Source of the DNA: a virus | Taxonomy: Duplodnaviria > Caudoviricetes | Direction: 5' to 3' (one strand) | Virus record (IMG/VR): IMGVR_UViG_2885633469_000002 | Span: 32,001-96,000 of that record | Length of the DNA: 64,000 nt | In this document: piece after piece, positions 21,701-29,712 of the stretch | Layout: each line of letters opens with the position of its first letter | Position numbering within the stretch: the stretch's first letter is position 1 | Translations under genes and position numbers: made by a program | The notes under the pieces: generated by a model | Databases searched by the model: none | What the model was told of the DNA's origin: nothing | The model's input: only the letters and a program-made list of their open reading frames with translations

Positions 21701-22859
21701 AACCTATTGATAACCTTAATTTATTAACATCAGTTTGATTTGCTATACCATTATATTTCTTAGATATTATATCTAATTGTTTTTCATACTTTTTAATATT
21801 ATTATTTATCAATATATATTCTGAAATCAATCTCTTTAAATCATTAATCTTACTATTAGTATTATGTTTTTCTTCTAATGTTAGTTCATTACTTTTCTTT
21901 TTATAATTATCTAATTGTTTTATAATTAAATTATATTGACTATTTAGTTGTTTATAAAAATTACTATTTGTATCAAATCTTTTATTATAATTAGATTTCA
22001 TATTTTTTAATTTTTCTTCTTGTGTAAAAACATAATTCAATGTTTTACTTTGTTCTTCAAATACATTTTTAGTGCTATTAATTCTATTTATACTTGCTTC
22101 TTTTAATTTTTTTTCTTCTTGAATTAATTTTTCATATTGTATAACTAAATCTTCTAATTGTTTTTTAGATTCATCTCCATTTAATAAATTTATCTTAGAT
22201 TCAAAATTTTTAATTTTATTTTCTGGTAAGATATTATTCTTATATAAATTAGTAATTTTATCATTATATTTAGAAACAAAATTCACTGTATCTTCCAGAA
22301 TTCCTTCTTGTAATTTTTTATTTTTCTTCTTAATTTTATCTGTGTTGTCAATAATACCCCTATTTACTAAAGTATATTCATCATTTAAAACCTTAAAATG
22401 TCCATTTCTTAAACTCATTGGATTTTTAGCAGTATAATCAAACTTTTCAATTATACCGTTAGCTTGTTTTACTGTTGCTGTAAATTTTAAGATATCATTT
22501 GTTAATGTATCAATTTGATTTGAAGTTATTTTTACCTCACCAATATTAGATAAATCATTTTTTACTTTTTTTATAGAACTGCAATAATTTTCAACATTTT
22601 TTATAACACTATCAAAACCTTTATTACTATTATTTGAAAATTGTTTTATTTGACTATCTAAAATAGACACATCTAAATTGTTCATTATGTTTTCTATTTT
22701 GTTAAGTTGTGTAAATAATTTATCCAACCCATCAATATTTGTATTAATATCAATTTTTTTATTTTTCAAATTGTTTATAATTGTATTTAATTTATTTTGG
22801 TTTTTATTTAAACTACCAAAATCTAATTCCAACTCTATTTTATATGGATTTAAGGACAT
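15741..22859 (-). CDS. Tape measure protein with glucosaminidase-like domain and two CWB2-like repeats
   Basis: About 2370 aa; TP901-type TMP core (SIGESFKSIFAR, LAGTRQRE); FESGRG..NNPSG..KYAP muralytic domain; start 22859 with GGAGG RBS. Confidence 0.9.
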   Translation of the reverse strand: MSLNPYKIELELDFGSLNKNQNKLNTIINNLKNKKIDINTNIDGLDKLFTQLNKIENIMNNLDVSILDSQIKQFSNNSNKGFDSVIKNVENYCSSIKKVKNDLSNIGEVKITSNQIDTLTNDILKFTATVKQANGIIEKFDYTAKNPMSLRNGHFKVLNDEYTLVNRGIIDNTDKIKKKNKKLQEGILEDTVNFVSKYNDKITNLYKNNILPENKIKNFESKINLLNGDESKKQLEDLVIQYEKLIQEEKKLKEASINRINSTKNVFEEQSKTLNYVFTQEEKLKNMKSNYNKRFDTNSNFYKQLNSQYNLIIKQLDNYKKKSNELTLEEKHNTNSKINDLKRLISEYILINNNIKKYEKQLDIISKKYNGIANQTDVNKLRLSIGSLDPKSSNIVKDFNEINKQLDAYESKLKEQQRIIKLGNKVNGKININSSFKDIEKFVKKTYGLNASISNIANSVDSMGNKIKQVNVNINEGGKRLSKYKMTIDNTTKSTYSMATGIENINKKQTTFAERMKTSIERLVRFTIAGTALFGVLRKLKEGVSFINDLNKVETDVGMVTNMNKAEIEELTDKYSKLADVLHTTTKEIMEGSVEFFRAGRNVEETGKLLESSTIGAKLSGQSTKDVSEQLIAITNGFRMEAKETMKVVDTLSTIDNNAATSFAELAEGMKRSSSSAQMAGVSMEGLSEYIGVVSSTTRKSAESIGESFKSIFARYQDIKQGKKFDAENQPLSNVERSLNKIGVAIRKDATHFKSFSTVIEDLGNKWGNLNDLQKSDIAKSLAGTRQRENFLVLMQNLDKVAELQEKVGDASGSAKQKFESFYSQSNEAKINDFKRALENLWRNLIQSDTINNFIKAGTEIINTFNVITSTSKKSGVAVLGLGFAWVTLFKHTSYITKGLNKLKGVLKGFLYTAKQNGIITALTQTFIALRKGITGVTIALLKNPLTWFIAILGVATYKLHKHIQYQKELKESTDSVKRSYDKLNQALKDGDKIEIGSTVDELKEKQNEYKELLKERKKLEKEINEKKSNWDKGDSWNVSNWMIFKMAESDLNNFNKKIDDQKKILTDAGVAFNEYTGEIYKVTEATNNLQNHEIIEGIQNTNEVELQYKDTIKELGNEYLELNDIKNKNIEEKERMSDISNKLKPIISGLITVEDEAGLSSIQNMNLIKNEIKILGNKKLTVQDLTKAKLEASKQDAMIQKGITKMTYVQAKKQIEVLQEKYNFYMDKAKEAEKNPSVIDIGSKLIGGPTSASIFTDIANKKKGKENELKDEIDKIDLSYEKALKNLDKIISTNNNEYIPSLDDTTKSTEKAKYATDEYANSIKALKTELDKLNSSNSKLYKNSWDYIKALDKKGNLIKQQIKLTEQEIKKNNQLASSYKNVEGARSGVASSSYSNTHLDNKLQGVLRGHGQDFVNAGSKYEIDPYLLASISMFESGRGTSPAIRNHNNPSGIMDWENNWKTIKHFNSIAEGIEFSARNLKNLYFNQGLTTIEQIGAKYAPIGASNDPNGLNKNWIPTVKSIYNELSGGGYSSGKISYQNKNSVKDVSPEERADRAWNKAEDLKQQLIGLKDQFNQLKVDKYESTIGIFDDKIKRTNVNASIYKDRAEQWSTSVVDSFKNFDNYTNEIKEKNRVLLEKQKYMQKQIWYGGHTSDQIVKMRFDLQDTVGEIEKMTKALQDAFQTKWEFKIKFDDRYFKEFDSEITEMQDKIDLLNVKDIFYEKDKTRFLSKKVDEQQKYIIYIQKAKIELLAERDLLKENTYEWNFLNDKAKEYNEKIRDIAKSMKQNNEELKNNLQSELDNLKSLEQKIIEIIKKRYETELDEYKKQYNEKKDLEEKRHKKSIDNLNEEKKVREEIIKSQLKEFDKNEKTDNYEKQLNTLISEKLKLQYEYNSWMLVDTLEGKVKKNSLKEQIDKKQEEIDDFRHKREIDLRKENLNDKLEDIQKEYEEKNKAENKKYEDTKERLDKELKNTEEYYKKLMQKENLYSEARKAIFRNQIKYINGEMMNLTDAILKYEDEWGEGLSLIGTKIKSNLIDNLQKAIDTAQNLDNILSKIKEIEKPKKNNSITKSEDKKVYAQSDGNNKINDYIIAQKYLSELGYEVIDITKLSKNELDKIKLDKNDLVIGNALNNKNLNGAGRLKGNDRYETDKIVSGYADYEKKMIAGDVKEIKNTVYGWGEDLKNAQKWLSAMGYKFVNTQHLSSEELEKILREGDIVLGEKGVSPVSDDILRAIGVIRLGGVTSKETLERIIAWASHGGVPQFSEGGVMDYSGLAMVHGSQSNSEVIFNSSQAKKLYSVVKNLPNGDNLACMFPKINTNSMPENGNGVIKIRNLLNVEGNVDENIFPKLKSVLKNDVLKELRKAYNKRGIYK

Positions 22860-22893
22860 AAAAATCCTCCTTTCTTTATTTTGATAAAATAAA

Positions 22894-22917
22894 AAGACAG
22901 GCATTGATACCTGTCTT
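22894..22917 (-). terminator. Rho-independent terminator after the moron gene
   Basis: aagacagg/cctgtctt stem followed by a T-run on the minus strand. Confidence 0.65.
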
Positions 22918-22922
22918 AAAGA

Positions 22923-23708
22923 TTATAAATCATTTAATTTTTCATAATTAAACTTTTTCTTAGCCTCATGTCCGTTAGGGTATATAATAATTACTTCTAA
23001 TTCTTTAGGGTTTAAATTCATTATTTCATCTGCTGTAAATGCCCCAAGTATAGTTGCCTGATATTTAGGTGATTCTGGGAAAAATTTTGTTACTTTAATA
23101 TCATAATATTTGTCTTTATGAACATTTTTAGGCTGTATAATTTTTTCTGTATTATCTTTAGTATATACTTTTAAAACTATATGAACATCTTCTATAAAAT
23201 CATCCTCATCTCCCCCAACATCACTGTATGCTATAAAATTATTAAGTCCATCATAATGTTTTTTTAAATGTTCTATGACATTATTACTATTTGGTTCAAG
23301 ATATTTTCTTGAAATTTTTTCAGATACTTCTGCTACAACAGTGAATGGCGTGTCAAAAGAGAAAACAAACGCTTTTGTTTTCTGTATGTCATCATTCGAG
23401 TTAAAACTAAACCTCTTTTTACTTACTCCACCTTTAATATCTTTATACTTCTTCCCAATCTCTATTGCTTTATAGAATTCTTCTTTAGTTAAAGGCGTTA
23501 TATCGTAACCATCTATAAGCGTTTTATTATCTTCTTTTTCTTTTGACACAACTTTTTTTTCTTTTTTATCCATATCTGTTGTTTCACCTTGTGTAGATGA
23601 AGCAATAGCCTTTTTTTGTTTGTTATTTTTTAAATAATATACTCCAAAACAAATACATGTTATGACTACTATTGAAACTATAGTTACAAAAGTTTTCTTT
23701 CTTTTCAT
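22923..23708 (-). CDS. Membrane-anchored moron protein
   Basis: Basic N-terminus plus hydrophobic helix; own extended -10 promoter (TTGAAA-18-TACAAT, 23745-23774) and terminator. Confidence 0.65.
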   Translation of the reverse strand: MKRKKTFVTIVSIVVITCICFGVYYLKNNKQKKAIASSTQGETTDMDKKEKKVVSKEKEDNKTLIDGYDITPLTKEEFYKAIEIGKKYKDIKGGVSKKRFSFNSNDDIQKTKAFVFSFDTPFTVVAEVSEKISRKYLEPNSNNVIEHLKKHYDGLNNFIAYSDVGGDEDDFIEDVHIVLKVYTKDNTEKIIQPKNVHKDKYYDIKVTKFFPESPKYQATILGAFTADEIMNLNPKELEVIIIYPNGHEAKKKFNYEKLNDL

Positions 23709-23889
23709 AAAATCTAGCTCCCTTCTTTTGAGTTCAATATAGCCATTGTATCATAGAAAACTTACCTTTTTCAACTAATTTTACCAATTAACATCTACAA
23801 TATGAAACATCTGTATCTTTGCTAATTCGTGAAATTACCTCAAAAAGACAAGCCATTATGAAAGCTAAAGTCTCTAGTACTACTTTATT

Positions 23890-24426
23890 TTATCCCATTT
23901 TTTCTAAAATTCTTTTCTTTTGACTCTCTAATTCTATTTCTTTTATCTCTATCTGCTCTTGAACGTTTTCTTTGATAAATAATATATTTATCATCCTATC
24001 TATGTTGACACAATAATTATATCTTGTTCCATTGGCATAATTAGTCAAATATGCTTGTGCTTCCTTTATTATAATTTTTACATTTTTAGTTATTTTATTA
24101 ATATCTGCTTGATTTTCTATGTTATTTTTATAATAAGAACTAATATATTCCTTTTTTATTGGAAACATTTTAATATAATGTAACCCATGTTTTCTATGTT
24201 TATGAGTTGTTTTTCTTGGTGGCAATGGATAAAACTCTTTCCTACTTGCTTTGCCATTTATATTTGACCTAAAAGGTATCGCAAAATCATATTTTTTATC
24301 TTTATATTTTAATTTTAATATTATTAAACAAGGTCTTTTTTTATTTTTTTCTAACTCAATAGAATCATCAAACATATCATAAAAAATTTGTTTAATAGAA
24401 CATACTCTTACCTTCAATGTACCCAT
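23890..24426 (-). CDS. tenpN: Type III toxin-antitoxin toxin, TenpN-like endoribonuclease
   Basis: KRPC..FAIPFRSNI..GLHYIKMFPI motifs; preceded by promoter, tandem repeats of about 54 nt and a terminator. Confidence 0.8.
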   Translation of the reverse strand: MGTLKVRVCSIKQIFYDMFDDSIELEKNKKRPCLIILKLKYKDKKYDFAIPFRSNINGKASRKEFYPLPPRKTTHKHRKHGLHYIKMFPIKKEYISSYYKNNIENQADINKITKNVKIIIKEAQAYLTNYANGTRYNYCVNIDRMINILFIKENVQEQIEIKEIELESQKKRILEKMG

Positions 24427-24442
24427 CTACCTTTAACATAGA

Positions 24443-24472
24443 AATAACCTCTTTAAAACTAAAGAGGTTATT
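24443..24472 (-). terminator. Terminator between antitoxin repeats and toxin gene
   Basis: aataacctcttt/aaagaggttatt perfect 12-bp stem; canonical type III TA position. Confidence 0.8.
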
Positions 24473-24634
24473 GTGTTATATTCTAAATTAATGTCCCGTA
24501 ACACTTCGGAGACCAAACGAAATATTAATGATATTCTACATTTTTACATCCCCGTCATTGCGGAGGATAAACACGCATAAGCGTTATATTCTAAATTAAT
24601 GTCCCGTAACACTTCGGAGACCAAACGAAATATT
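24473..24634 (-). ncRNA. tenpI: Type III antitoxin RNA array (TenpI-like), three units in A-B-A order
   Basis: 52-nt exact repeat at 24475-24526 and 24583-24634 with a divergent middle unit; atattcta anchors at 24478, 24531, 24586; each unit can form a pseudoknot. Confidence 0.8.
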
Positions 24635-24645
24635 TTATTGTATAT

Positions 24646-24674
24646 AGTATATATTATTTATTACATAATGTCAA
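24646..24674 (-). promoter_or_regulatory. SigA promoter of the type III TA operon
   Basis: TTGACA-17-TATACT immediately upstream of the repeats. Confidence 0.8.
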
Positions 24675-24752
24675 TAATTTTCATATTTATCTTCAATTTT
24701 ATCCCACACCTCATTGGAATATTTAATGTTTCTTTAGCTTTTTTTTATATAA

Positions 24753-25031
24753 TTAGTAGCTTAATATTAATTCTTTATTATAGTTTTTACAAATTAAAGT
24801 TAATACATCATCTAAACTTTTGTTAAATTTAATTAAATTGTTTTTTTTTATTTTAATTTTATAATTATGTACTACATCAAATTCAGTCTCAACATCGCCT
24901 TTAATAGTAATAAAATTATCATTATCTTGAATTTTAATATTATACATTGTAGGTACATCATCGTTTGTGACCCAGCTTATAAAGCTAGTTTTTCTTAATA
25001 CATTTAATAAGTTTTTTATCATATTAAACAC
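24753..25031 (-). CDS. Hypothetical protein with its own promoter
   Basis: About 90-aa ORF; TTGACA-17-TATTAT at 25092-25120. Confidence 0.5.
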   Translation of the reverse strand: MFNMIKNLLNVLRKTSFISWVTNDDVPTMYNIKIQDNDNFITIKGDVETEFDVVHNYKIKIKKNNLIKFNKSLDDVLTLICKNYNKELILSY

Positions 25032-25166
25032 ATCCCTATTATAATATTTGTAAGGTTTAGATTAATTGGTTTGTTTTATCTTACAAATATTATAATACAC
25101 CTTATAGTTGCGTGTGTCAATACTTATTTATTAATATTTTAGTAAAATTATATAAAAATACTAATT

Positions 25167-25367
25167 TTATTTTTCATAATAAAATATATCAGTAAATTCT
25201 ACTCCTAAAACATCTGCAATTTTAAACCCAAGTTCAATAGTAGTTTTATATCTATTATTAATTATATTAGATATAGTAGATTTATTAACTCCTACTTCTT
25301 TAGCTAACCATACTTGTTTTATACCTTTACTATCTATTATTTTCTTTAATCTATTTTTGACTGCCAT
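25167..25367 (-). CDS. Cro/C1-type HTH transcriptional regulator
   Basis: LAKEVGVNKSTISNIINN..KIADVLGV; ATG at 25367 with GGAGG RBS. Confidence 0.85.
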   Translation of the reverse strand: MAVKNRLKKIIDSKGIKQVWLAKEVGVNKSTISNIINNRYKTTIELGFKIADVLGVEFTDIFYYEK

Positions 25368-25416
25368 AATTATCCTCCAAATTAATAAAATGATATTATA
25401 ATTATAACATAATAGT

Positions 25417-25545
25417 GCTATCCATCCCATGCCTTCAGGTGTGGGATTTTCGCATCTTTTTATAATTATATATTATCAAATTATTTTGTGTTTGTCAAAT
25501 GCTTTTGGGAATTCATCTCGTGATTGAAGTCACAAGAGTTCTTGG
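25417..25545 (-). mobile_element. Two IS200/IS605-type end hairpin remnants flanking a promoter
   Basis: Hairpins atcccatgcc-ttca-ggtgtgggat (25424-25447) and ctcgtgat-tgaa-gtcacaagag (25517-25538); the second shares tgaagtcac with the hairpin at 55109-55130; no transposase. Confidence 0.5.
25470..25498 (-). promoter_or_regulatory. SigA-like promoter with AAAATAATTT in the spacer
   Basis: TTGACA-17-TAATAT with extended TG; same layout at 56920 and 58174. Confidence 0.6.
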
Positions 25546-25587
25546 TAAAAATATATTTAAAAATAAAAAAACTAAAATCTTAAACCA

Positions 25588-26037
25588 CTACTTTATTTTT
25601 ATTCCATTTTTTCTAAAATTCTTTAATATTATCCTATCACCATTTTTATTAATTTGCTGTTGTGTTTTATCTGTAAATTTTCTTCCTTTTAGATAAGTAT
25701 ATTTTTCTGTATTTCTATTTTTTAATGGAAATTCATAATACTCACCTTCTTCAACAGCCTCATCCAATCTATAGTCTCTACTATAAAAGGTAGGAGTATC
25801 GTTTGTTACTTTTATGGAAATAATACTTCCACTTTCTTTTACACTATGATTCATATTCGCAACATCATCTAATCCACCAACTATTCTTCTTTTATATCTT
25901 CTTGGATTATATTTTTTTAATTCTTCTTTTATTACCTCACTTTCAATTTTTTTTAAATCTTGTGAAACATCTTTATCAATTATTTTAATACAATCCTTTT
26001 TTATCTGTGAAACTACCTCTTCTAATGATTTAGCCAT
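25588..26037 (-). CDS. Hypothetical tail-region protein
   Basis: 149 aa; TGATG translational coupling to the upstream gene. Confidence 0.55.
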   Translation of the reverse strand: MAKSLEEVVSQIKKDCIKIIDKDVSQDLKKIESEVIKEELKKYNPRRYKRRIVGGLDDVANMNHSVKESGSIISIKVTNDTPTFYSRDYRLDEAVEEGEYYEFPLKNRNTEKYTYLKGRKFTDKTQQQINKNGDRIILKNFRKNGIKIK

Positions 26038-26627
26038 CAGAAATTATCTTCCTTTTTTGCTTTAATTGTTTTAGTTGTTTTAGTCGATGTATCACTCTTC
26101 TTTTTACTAGCTTCTTTCTTTACTTTTTTATTTTTCTTAGCCTTGTCATTATCTTCATTCTCTAATTTTATTTCAAATTCATTTATCATACCTTCTAATT
26201 TATCTTGTTTTGAAAGTAGTTCTACTATTTCATCATTAGATAAATTAGATAATCCATACAATTTATCCAATACATTTAACAATCTCAAATTAACTTCTTG
26301 AATTTCCCCAATAATTTCTATTACAGAAACCATAGTCTTTTGTAATACCAAACTAGGATTAGCAAATATTTTATTAATAATCTTCTCATCTTTTGGTATT
26401 TTTATATCTGTTAATCTACTGATAATTTCCTTAATTGTCACAATTGGTGGTACTACTAACTTCTTATTTTTTACATCTGTATACTGTAATAATACTGATT
26501 GTATTTCTTTTTGTTTTTCTTCGTTAGGGTTATAAATAGTAATTGTCTGCTCTACCCCTTCATTATCTCTAAATTTTATTATTTCTTTTATAGGATTAAA
26601 ACCTAAGTTTTCAAGTATAACTGACAT
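26037..26627 (-). CDS. Putative tail assembly chaperone
   Basis: Follows major tail gene; AGGAGG RBS; call is positional inference. Confidence 0.45.
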   Translation of the reverse strand: MSVILENLGFNPIKEIIKFRDNEGVEQTITIYNPNEEKQKEIQSVLLQYTDVKNKKLVVPPIVTIKEIISRLTDIKIPKDEKIINKIFANPSLVLQKTMVSVIEIIGEIQEVNLRLLNVLDKLYGLSNLSNDEIVELLSKQDKLEGMINEFEIKLENEDNDKAKKNKKVKKEASKKKSDTSTKTTKTIKAKKEDNF

Positions 26628-26655
26628 CAAAAAACCTCCTTATATTTTAAAAATA

Positions 26656-26681
26656 AGGTATAGATAGTTTTATCTATACCT
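26656..26681 (-). terminator. Terminator after major tail gene
   Basis: aggtatagata/tatctatacct 11-bp stem. Confidence 0.65.
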
Positions 26682-26697
26682 ACATAAACTTTATTAA

Positions 26698-27699
26698 CTA
26701 TTTTGCATTACAAATTACTTGTGAGAATGTTTTTACATTTTCGTTATCTTTTAATTTTACTGTTAGCATAGATTTACCTTCTGCTAAATACTCAACCTCG
26801 CCTGAAGGTGTTATTTTTGCTATTTTATTATTGTCTAAAACTAAATCCACCTGTGAGTTGTCAACTATCATAGGAGCATAAACTCCTCCTCTAATACCAT
26901 ATATCTTCAACATTGCTTTTTCACTTGGATTTAAAATTATTTCAGATTCAGTGAATATTTTTTGTATAGGCTCATTCGCTTTATCAACCCTTCTAATCTT
27001 AATTTTTGCATATTTACCCTTTCCAAATGCTAACGCCTTACCTGATAGCTTAGAAGTAGACGCACCGTCATGTTGTAAACTTAATTCTATATTAGAAGTT
27101 ATTTTGAATCTTGGAATTTCTATTTCTATTTCCTTGTATCCTTCATGTCCTTGTTTAGACATTTTTAGTGACATAACTAATCTAATAGTCTTACCAAACT
27201 TATTTCCATCAATAGTAATCGTATCTAGGGACTCTCTTACTTGATATGTACAAAATACAGTTTCTCCATCTTTAAACTCTGGTATATTTAAATTATTACC
27301 TATAGCTGTTTTTGTTAAAATAATTTCCCCATCTGCATTTTTTACAAATACCTCGCCACTAATTGGTGTGTCGTTTAAAGTTACTTTCCCATTTTCAATT
27401 ATATGTTCTTCGTCTTTATTGTAAAAATTATCTAATTCTCTTGTTATTTCAACACCATTCGTTAAAGCAATAAAAGCTTCTTTTACCTGTGAATCTTCTA
27501 TTTCTACTTCACATTTTTTATCGTAATCAAATTGATACTGAGTCAAAGACCCGTATCCTCCTTTTATCTCTTTGTTACTTGAACTAATTTTGAAATCACT
27601 TTTTATAAGTGTTTGTGCGTCGAACAACAATGCATTTGTTGTTATGTCGAACCCCATTACATCCCCGACTGAAATAAGAAATTCTTTAGTATTATCCAT
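26698..27699 (-). CDS. Major tail tube protein with C-terminal Ig-like domain
   Basis: 333 aa; EIKGGYG motif; C-terminal IAKITPSGEVEYLAEG Big2-like segment; followed by terminator. Confidence 0.7.
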   Translation of the reverse strand: MDNTKEFLISVGDVMGFDITTNALLFDAQTLIKSDFKISSSNKEIKGGYGSLTQYQFDYDKKCEVEIEDSQVKEAFIALTNGVEITRELDNFYNKDEEHIIENGKVTLNDTPISGEVFVKNADGEIILTKTAIGNNLNIPEFKDGETVFCTYQVRESLDTITIDGNKFGKTIRLVMSLKMSKQGHEGYKEIEIEIPRFKITSNIELSLQHDGASTSKLSGKALAFGKGKYAKIKIRRVDKANEPIQKIFTESEIILNPSEKAMLKIYGIRGGVYAPMIVDNSQVDLVLDNNKIAKITPSGEVEYLAEGKSMLTVKLKDNENVKTFSQVICNAK

Positions 27700-27733
27700 A
27701 TTTGTTCCTCCTTTATTATTGAATTATTTTATG

Positions 27734-28528
27734 TTAAGAAATTTCTTTGAATTTATTCAATTCACTACCAGAAATTAATATCTCATCATATTTATTTGTT
27801 TTTGGAATATGTTGTAAGCAATTAGGTATATCCTCTATTGGAATCATCCCAGAAGCCGACATAGACCAAATTTTAAAACATTCCATCATCCAACTCATAC
27901 GATTAATGTTAAAATCAAACTGATATATAGTCATCTTTTTTATTTCTTCAATTGGTGTTTTTGTTGCAACACTATAAGTGGCTATTTGTTCTTCAAGTGT
28001 AGCCATTTTACCCTTTTGTTTTTTAGCAAAATATTCAATTGCCTTTTCCATGGATTTTTTAACTTCGGGATGTAAGTTTTTAGGTTGGTCTATATACATA
28101 TTATTTTGCTTTAAAATTATTTCTCTTATTTTATCAAATTCCATACCTCTAATAGTCATCACTTTGTTATTTTCTACACTAACAAATATAACAGGTCTTC
28201 CTGTTTTTAAATCTGTAGCAATTGAAAAATCCTGTTCTCTTAATGCTATTTTCAACACCGAAAATAAATCCTCTAATCCATTAGGCAATAATTTATCTCC
28301 ATCTTCATTAACAGCCATACATACCAACGAATTATAGAAATCAAAATATGACATTGTTAAAATTGTAGGGTCATTAAAACTTGCAGAAAACCCTTCTTTA
28401 TCTATCATAATAGAATAAGATTTGTTATAAAAAGTGTCTATATCCTTCATTAACACAGGATATATTTTGATATTTTTATAACATTTATAATCACCCCATA
28501 TATCTCGCAAATCACTTTTATTTTGCAT
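27734..28528 (-). CDS. Phage neck/tail-region protein
   Basis: 264 aa; IKKMTIYQF motif; synteny with SPbeta-like structural module. Confidence 0.55.
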   Translation of the reverse strand: MQNKSDLRDIWGDYKCYKNIKIYPVLMKDIDTFYNKSYSIMIDKEGFSASFNDPTILTMSYFDFYNSLVCMAVNEDGDKLLPNGLEDLFSVLKIALREQDFSIATDLKTGRPVIFVSVENNKVMTIRGMEFDKIREIILKQNNMYIDQPKNLHPEVKKSMEKAIEYFAKKQKGKMATLEEQIATYSVATKTPIEEIKKMTIYQFDFNINRMSWMMECFKIWSMSASGMIPIEDIPNCLQHIPKTNKYDEILISGSELNKFKEIS

Positions 28529-28537
28529 TTTAAATCA

Positions 28538-29077
28538 CTACCTAATATTCATTATTTTAAAAGTGCAGGTGGTTTTTAGATATCTATTTTGAACCTTACC
28601 ACAATCAAAACCTTGTAATTCTAAGTTATTCAATCCGATTTTCAATTGCCTTCCATCAAGTAATTTTCTAATTTTGTTTAGAATCTCGATACTTCTCGAA
28701 ATTCTTTTATTGTTTATATCTATCGCTTCCATACTTTTATGGACATAAATATCTATCATAAAATAATTATCTTCTATACAATAATTATCTCTATTGATAT
28801 CTCCACCCGCAATGTGTATATTTATGATATTTCTCGAATCATTTTGCACATCAAATAAATAATCATATTGAAAAATATTTTCATTATACAAATCTTCATA
28901 AACTTCTTCTTTTGCATAAGGATTGACATAAATTATATTACCATCTTTATCTGTTTCATTTCCGTAATACAAAAGCTTCTTTAAGTCTATTGAATCCTGA
29001 CTATCATCCAAAAGTAATATATTAACTATTTCATAAAATATATCATTGAGATTGTTATTCCCCGTATATTTTTTCAT
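28538..29077 (-). CDS. Putative tail terminator/neck protein
   Basis: 179 aa; LKKLLYY and IDIYVH motifs; position. Confidence 0.5.
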   Translation of the reverse strand: MKKYTGNNNLNDIFYEIVNILLLDDSQDSIDLKKLLYYGNETDKDGNIIYVNPYAKEEVYEDLYNENIFQYDYLFDVQNDSRNIINIHIAGGDINRDNYCIEDNYFMIDIYVHKSMEAIDINNKRISRSIEILNKIRKLLDGRQLKIGLNNLELQGFDCGKVQNRYLKTTCTFKIMNIR

Positions 29078-29096
29078 TGTAATTTTATCCTTTGTT

Positions 29097-29609
29097 TTAC
29101 TTTATTTTTGGCTCTATTATGAATTTAACTGGATTAGTTGTTTTTAAATCAATAGTCTCTATATTATTTTTTATATAGCCTAACATTTTTTCACCACTTA
29201 AAAGAACAGTATTGAAGATTTTTTTATTAGAACCAGTATCTATCATAGTGACATCATATAAATCATTCTCATAAGACAAATCTTCTTTCATTTCTACCAC
29301 AGCCTGATATTTAGATAACTCTTCTTTAGCCTTTTCAACAGTGTCTACAGTAGCTTTATCTACTATTATCTTAATTTTCCCATCTGAACCACAACAAAAC
29401 TTACCTTTGCTATTTTCATCATCTAAAGCACCGTCTTCAATTTCAGTAACTTGTACACCATCTTTAGTTAACACAATAAATCCATCAACTAATGAGGTAT
29501 TTAATTTCATATTTTCATCTAATTGCTTAGACCTAATTACTGCTACATTTGTATAAGTAGTTTTGTCAAAATTATCAAATTCTAATTTATCAATTAACTT
29601 TATTGACAT
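29097..29609 (-). CDS. Hypothetical protein
   Basis: 170 aa; AGGGTG RBS. Confidence 0.55.
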   Translation of the reverse strand: MSIKLIDKLEFDNFDKTTYTNVAVIRSKQLDENMKLNTSLVDGFIVLTKDGVQVTEIEDGALDDENSKGKFCCGSDGKIKIIVDKATVDTVEKAKEELSKYQAVVEMKEDLSYENDLYDVTMIDTGSNKKIFNTVLLSGEKMLGYIKNNIETIDLKTTNPVKFIIEPKIK

Positions 29610-29712
29610 ATCATCACCCTTTCAGTTTTTTTGCATTTTTATCTTTTATTTCCTTTCATTTACTCCATATTACTTCACTTTTCAAGTGTAATTTTGTAAT
29701 AAAATATGAGCT

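Noticed and set aside
24475-24634. Repeat-spacer-repeat pattern resembling a mini CRISPR array
   Set aside because: Repeats are 52 nt, the apparent spacer is itself a structural variant of the repeat, there are no cas genes, and the promoter-repeats-terminator-toxin layout matches type III TA.
25588-26627. Programmed frameshift between tail chaperone genes
   Set aside because: The genes are joined by an ordinary TGATG stop/start overlap and I could not identify a convincing slippery site.
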